Source of the DNA: Veleropilina oligotropha
Taxonomy: Eukaryota
Direction: 5' to 3'
NCBI GenBank assembly: GCA_048128005.1
Contig: JBEUKZ010000019.1
Span: 248,001-312,000, forward strand
DNA: 64,000 nucleotides
Program-made: the position numbers and the translations under genes
Shown: in pieces, positions 59,601 to 64,000 of the stretch
How positions within the stretch are numbered: position 1 is the first letter of the stretch
Layout: each line of letters starts with the position of its first letter
The notes under the pieces: model-generated
The model's input: only the letters and a program-made list of their open reading frames with translations
Told to the model about the DNA's origin: nothing
Databases searched by the model: none

Positions 59601-62600
59601 ATGTATATCAGAATATCTAAGTGGAGTTTGATTTCTATAAATTCCCAACTTCATTTAAGAGACATAGGACATTAATTAATTTAATTTTGTTTTCAATTCT
59701 GGACGATAAGTTCGGAATATATTCAGGGAATGAAACTATATTTGGAATATAGGTGTATAATTATTCATACATTGTTAAATGCGTAAATTCAATGTTAACT
59801 CTTTCATCACTGAGTATTCCCGAGAACAATAGTCATACACACTGAATATGCTGGCTGAATTCCAGACATCTTTCTCGTATATCTTATGTGATATCAACCG
59901 TTTTCATTGAGTAACTTTATGGAAAAATTTATATTTGTATGATCAGGATATAATGGGGATCTTGATAAGTATATTTAGCTGAAATGTTTTACTCACTAAC
60001 TTAATTACAGATGAGATGAGGTAGATATATATATGTATGAAATAATGACGTCATCTATATGATTTAGGTATTTGTTAGTTGGCCACTTGCATATAGATAA
60101 TCATTTTATGAATACAATTTAAATAAAACATTGAATATAACCTAACAGTATCTTTCAAAATGAATTCTATATCATTATTACTACTAGTTGCATTGAAAAT
60201 ACAGATGAAATGTGACTCGCTTGTGACCAGAATAAAGTAAAAATAATAAAATAATAATAATAAAAATAACATTGTTTAACGTCATAGCCCGCTATAGCGG
60301 GCTGCCGTGGTGAAAGGTGACGTCATTTTCTGCCCGCTATAGCGGGCTGCCGTGATGAAAGGGTTAAGACAGTTATGGCTGTTCACTTTAAATTTCTTTC
60401 ATTCCTGGGCAGTTGTTTCAGAGGGGGCATTCGTGTCACTCTGACATGTCTAGTTGTTTATAACATAAAAATTTAGGAATTTTCAACACTCAACTCACTA
60501 TTAAAAATTACATCATCTGTTACATCCAGGTTCAGTTATATTTTCACGTGATTACCTCAAGCTGAACACTATGACATCATTGCGGATGACCTACCCACCT
60601 GACCATCGAGACCAGCAGCCAGCCCGACAGGGACCAAACATTCTGGCTCAGTCGCCTGTCCTGCCTGGAGTAAAAGCATTGCATATTACCCTATAGTATC
60701 TTATTTACCTGATAAAGATCATGCAAATATTTTTTACTACCTTAGACTATGAGTAAGAAAATATTGAAAATTGAAATCGCAGCATGAGATCGTTTGGTTG
60801 CCTTGGTGTGAATATTCATAAACAACAACGGCTATTTGTATAACAGGAATAATGAATCACAAACATTGATGCTGAAATGCAATCATTCTTAATCATTCCT
60901 GAAACACATGTAATTTGAATTACATTTAATGCAATTTCTGAGTAACATATCAAATTGATTACTAACCTCGTCTACAAAGATGTGCGTGAAGTGTCCGGGT
61001 TTGATCCCAAGAGCATATACGAGCCCTGCGGAGACGCACGTACAGACCAGAATACGATGGCGTGCGACCAAACCCATCTCATCTCCAACAGTGCAGTACG
61101 ACTTGACAGATGCAGGAATGTTCTATATACAGATATGAAAGTCTAAAAATAATACTTCAATGCAAAACTTTGATAATGATGTTCAAATTGCCAAAATAGA
61201 TGAAAACCTTATCATTGCAAGATATATCGATAAGACAAGGCACAGGATGGATGGACATTTCTTTTGGAGCTAAATAGGCCTACTTAGTTTTCAAAATAAT
61301 TTGGTGCGATTCTCAGAAAAGTAGATAAATGGATGAATTAATTCCATTAACCGAAATAAATCTTCGGGCACGTTCATTTTGTCGTGGAAAGAAAGCTTGG
61401 AAAATATGAATAAAACAGCTGTGACACCTTGACCTGCAACGGACTATTGTTACTGACACACTCAATGCGATTACACCCAAAAATGACCACACACTTCAAA
61501 TAAAGGACAATCAGTGCGACCAGTAGAGGATGTGGCACGGCACATTTCATAAATAGTGCTTACCTCTTCCGATCGTTGAAATGCATTTAACCGAATCAGG
61601 TCCGACTTCCTAACAAGGCCACTGTCGATCAGCCTCTCAGCCTACAATACGAAAATATTCAGTGAAACTCATCAGCCTCTCAGCCTACAATACAAAAATA
61701 TTCAGTGAAACTCATCAGCCTCAACCTTCAAAGAGTTCAAACCGACGTATCGGCAGCTGAACCTTCAAAGAGTTTCAAACCGACGTATCGGCAGCTGAAC
61801 CTACAAAGTCGACCTGGAAATACCAAGCTTCCTATATTAATTTGCTAGAAAAGTTGACATCACAACTTGACATAAACCTCACACTAGCACTGAACATTTC
61901 TATCCTCAAGATACCATTACTAGTATTCCATCTCCTCATTCTCCTGTCTCCTCACCAGCAGATCTGCGGCACTGTTGGATGGAGTGCAAGCCATTATGCG
62001 ACTGCTGGGAATATGCTGGAAGATTTGGAGAATGCTTTCCACGATGGTCACAGTCTTGCCAGTACCTGCAAAGATGAATAATTATAAATGTACACTGTAT
62101 ATTCTGATATGGTGTATCAATAAACCGTATGATAAGGTTCATGACTTTGACAAAGAAATGACAACCAACCAGACGGTCATAGTCACTTTTGGAGGTGATG
62201 CTCACCTAAAAATTTGAATAAATCGGATATTTTTTATACATACCCGTGGACAAACATTGCAAATCCCTCTAGATGAGAGGGTCATTAATGTACAAAAGCT
62301 GAGTTTAAATTAGACAAATGATATAAAATTACACGTTGATCAAATGCTGGTTTTGCAGATACCAATTGCAAGATAGTAATATCGGTGATACCCTACTGCT
62401 ACAGTGAATGCAATGCAATACATGAAAATTGGTCAAAATTCAAATGTTAGGCTAAGCATTTAATCATATTATTATCGAAAGATAATTATAGTTCATACCA
62501 GGTGGACCAAAGAGAACATACGGCAACGGGCGACATTGTCCTTGGAGGATCCGGAACACTGCTGCTCTCTGTCTCACATTTAGTTTTGTATTAATGTAGT

Positions 62601-63766
62601 TGATGCTAGCTCTTGTTCTGGAAGAGTTCTTTGAGGGTATATTCAATTTGCTTGAGTTATCTCCCTTCGTCCTCTGACTGTTTTGTGTTGCCTGCTGTGG
62701 TTGTAATTGCAAATAGGATGGGAACAGCACTGAAATAAAATGAAAGTATCATATTGCCGGTAAATTTGACAAATCAAGCAAAAATATGGTTCAAATGAGC
62801 GAAATGAACGCTTATATCAACATGACAATAGTTATCATTTTTAGTAATAACATAAATTAATAAAATAAAATACCACAAATAGACGAGCTCTAGCGAGTTA
62901 ATACTTACCGTTCTCTCCGAGATTGATGGCAAACTGAATTGCTTGATGACATCGTCGCACGGAAGATCTGTCAAAATAGATACATTTTCAAGTATTTAGT
63001 GTAGAGAAAACATCACAGGTGTTATCAAAGATGTAACAGAAATGACACCATATTCAGCTTGATGCCATTAAAATCTGTGTTTGTGATTTACTTATAAAAG
63101 GAGCATTTTTATAGCTAGGATATTAAAACCTGGGGTACAGACTGAAATATCTATATATATATTTTTTAATTTATGCTCTTACAAATTTCCTATCAATACC
63201 TGTTAAACGTAAACCGTGCATTGTAGTCCACACCATTGTATTGCTGATGAAATTCTTCATAAAATTTTAGCAATACTTCTTCACATAAAACCTGTGAATG
63301 TAAAAAACAAAAGTTACTTTGTGAAGTTCTAAATTTTAAAAAATGTTAAAAATATATACAGCGGACTCCCATAATGAAACTGTCCAGGCAATACTGTATT
63401 GTAGAATGTGACAAGGTTATAATTACTATGATTGAATTAAACAGTAAATGTACTGCAAATGAATGTTGGAACCACAGCTTCGATTCAGAGCACAGCACTA
63501 AGATCTAAGATCACTGCCCCAATGCGCAAGATGAACTATTATTCAATGTCGATTTTTATATTTAAAGAAATATACATTTAACGATAATATAAATTTCCTA
63601 ATATATTGCTGTCACTGACCTCATGTACGTATCCCTCGTAGCTTGGAGCCTCCGAGTCTACGGGATCCGTTAGAATCACTTTGTCCCCAATTAGCACGGA
63701 CGGTCGACCCTCTGAGAGACCAGGGACCTTCAAGGCCAAATACTGCCCGATCGGACGCAAACAGAC
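47700..63766 (-). CDS. MOV10L1: MOV10L1/Armitage-like UPF1-family RNA helicase, 3' 14 exons (5' part beyond the window)
   Basis: Exons 63620-63766, 63200-63291, 62909-62967, 62499-62729, 61956-62065, 61564-61641, 60967-61122, 60599-60664, 57870-58031, 54909-55082, 53159-53302, 48738-48845, 48078-48218 and 47700-47786 splice in frame. Motifs: [94 protein letters not shown]. The CRPLPY before Walker A favours MOV10L1 over MOV10. Confidence 0.88.
48960..51530 (+). mobile_element. Nested non-autonomous Helentron/HINE-like repeats with internal ~150-bp tandem units (similar remnants at about 34400-35150, 44300-44920, 47177-47565)
   Basis: Tandem units (AAGGGAAATAACTCTG...GGCACCAGTTCACCGAC; AAGGTCAAAGGTCGCAC), a GACGG microsatellite and 3' stem-loops (ATCCCC...GGGGAT; CCCAGC...GCTGGG). 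Boundaries are approximate. Confidence 0.55.
51861..52960 (+). mobile_element. Non-autonomous Helentron/HINE-like element
   Basis: Starts CAACAAGAG with ATGCCCCC, has internal ~150-bp tandem units and a GACAGACGG microsatellite, and ends in the hairpin TATGCCCCCC...GGGGGGCATA. Confidence 0.65.
55382..55547. repeat. 24-bp tandem repeat (7 copies)
   Basis: Unit TCATCAGTTATATATCACTCTGTA. Confidence 0.95.
55638..57560 (-). mobile_element. RTE-clade LINE, internally deleted
   Basis: [40 protein letters not shown] and LRWAGHV are present. Near 56855 the sequence jumps from a 5'-UTR/ORF start directly into mid-RT. It ends in a short tandem 3' tail (CTTGGCTTGG on +). The 5' boundary is approximate. 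Confidence 0.8.
58703..60455 (-). mobile_element. Helentron/HINE-like element with ~150-bp tandem units, carrying a nested MITE
   Basis: Hairpin TATGCCCCC...GGGGGCATA at 58706-58735, tandem units TTTCCGGGC...AACTTGAGAATGCCTTCATGGATTT, and an end GGGGGCATTC...CTAGTT near 60455. Confidence 0.55.
59799..60363. mobile_element. piggyBac-like MITE
   Basis: TTAA on both sides (59795-59798, 60364-60367). TIRs CTCTTTCATCAC / GTGATGAAAGGG match at 11 of 12 positions. The subterminal palindrome GCCCGCTATAGCGGGC occurs twice. Confidence 0.7.
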
Positions 63767-64000
63767 CTGAAACATGACATATTTCTCGGTTTTATTATGT
63801 GAAATATATCTGGTTAAAGAAAAATGAGGTTTTAATTTAAACCTAATATTAGTATAAAACATACTTACGTCCTTACTCTTGCCATAATAGTAATATTATT
63901 GCTAACCGGAAACAGTGAATAAGTCACATTATGCACTATTAATAAGTCAAAAACGCAAAAACGTACCACGGTTACCTCCCCTGCTCCCCTTCCCCTACGT

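Noticed and set aside
47700..63766. Functional link between the piRNA helicase MOV10L1 and the neighbouring endogenous virus
   Set aside because: They are about 28 kb apart with another gene between them, and nothing in the sequence indicates more than chance proximity.
63860..64000. Further MOV10L1 exon at the window edge (GTAAGT-like donor near 63868 on -)
   Set aside because: The adjacent sequence does not translate into recognisable helicase-family peptide, so the upstream exons are probably outside the window.

Overview
Animal (probably marine invertebrate) nuclear DNA: AT-rich, with spliceosomal introns and many transposons. The standout is a complete 15,900-bp endogenous Polinton-like dsDNA virus at 3517-19416. 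It has AG...CT termini, a 17-bp perfect terminal inverted repeat (TIR), modular shuffled subterminal repeats and a 5-bp AGGCC target-site duplication (TSD), and it splits an old RNase H-bearing LINE inside a conserved motif. It encodes major and minor capsid proteins, an A32-like packaging ATPase (one nonsense codon) and an rve integrase. It also carries about seven membrane-type ORFs (one with adjacent PSAP and LYPxL motifs) and a secreted Cys-rich protein. Its 1288-aa replicase appears to combine a helical DNA-binding motif, an OTU-like protease, an exonuclease-less PolB palm, an SF1B helicase and an HNH nuclease. No adenain-type protease is visible. Upstream lies a decayed Academ-like transposon. 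Downstream are two convergent host genes: a PGP/SHIPPO-repeat (ODF3/CIMAP1-like) gene on + and the 3' part of MOV10L1 on -. Their introns hold LINEs, Helentron-like repeats, a piggyBac-like MITE, long hairpins and several minisatellites. All family assignments come from motifs read by eye; no database search was run.
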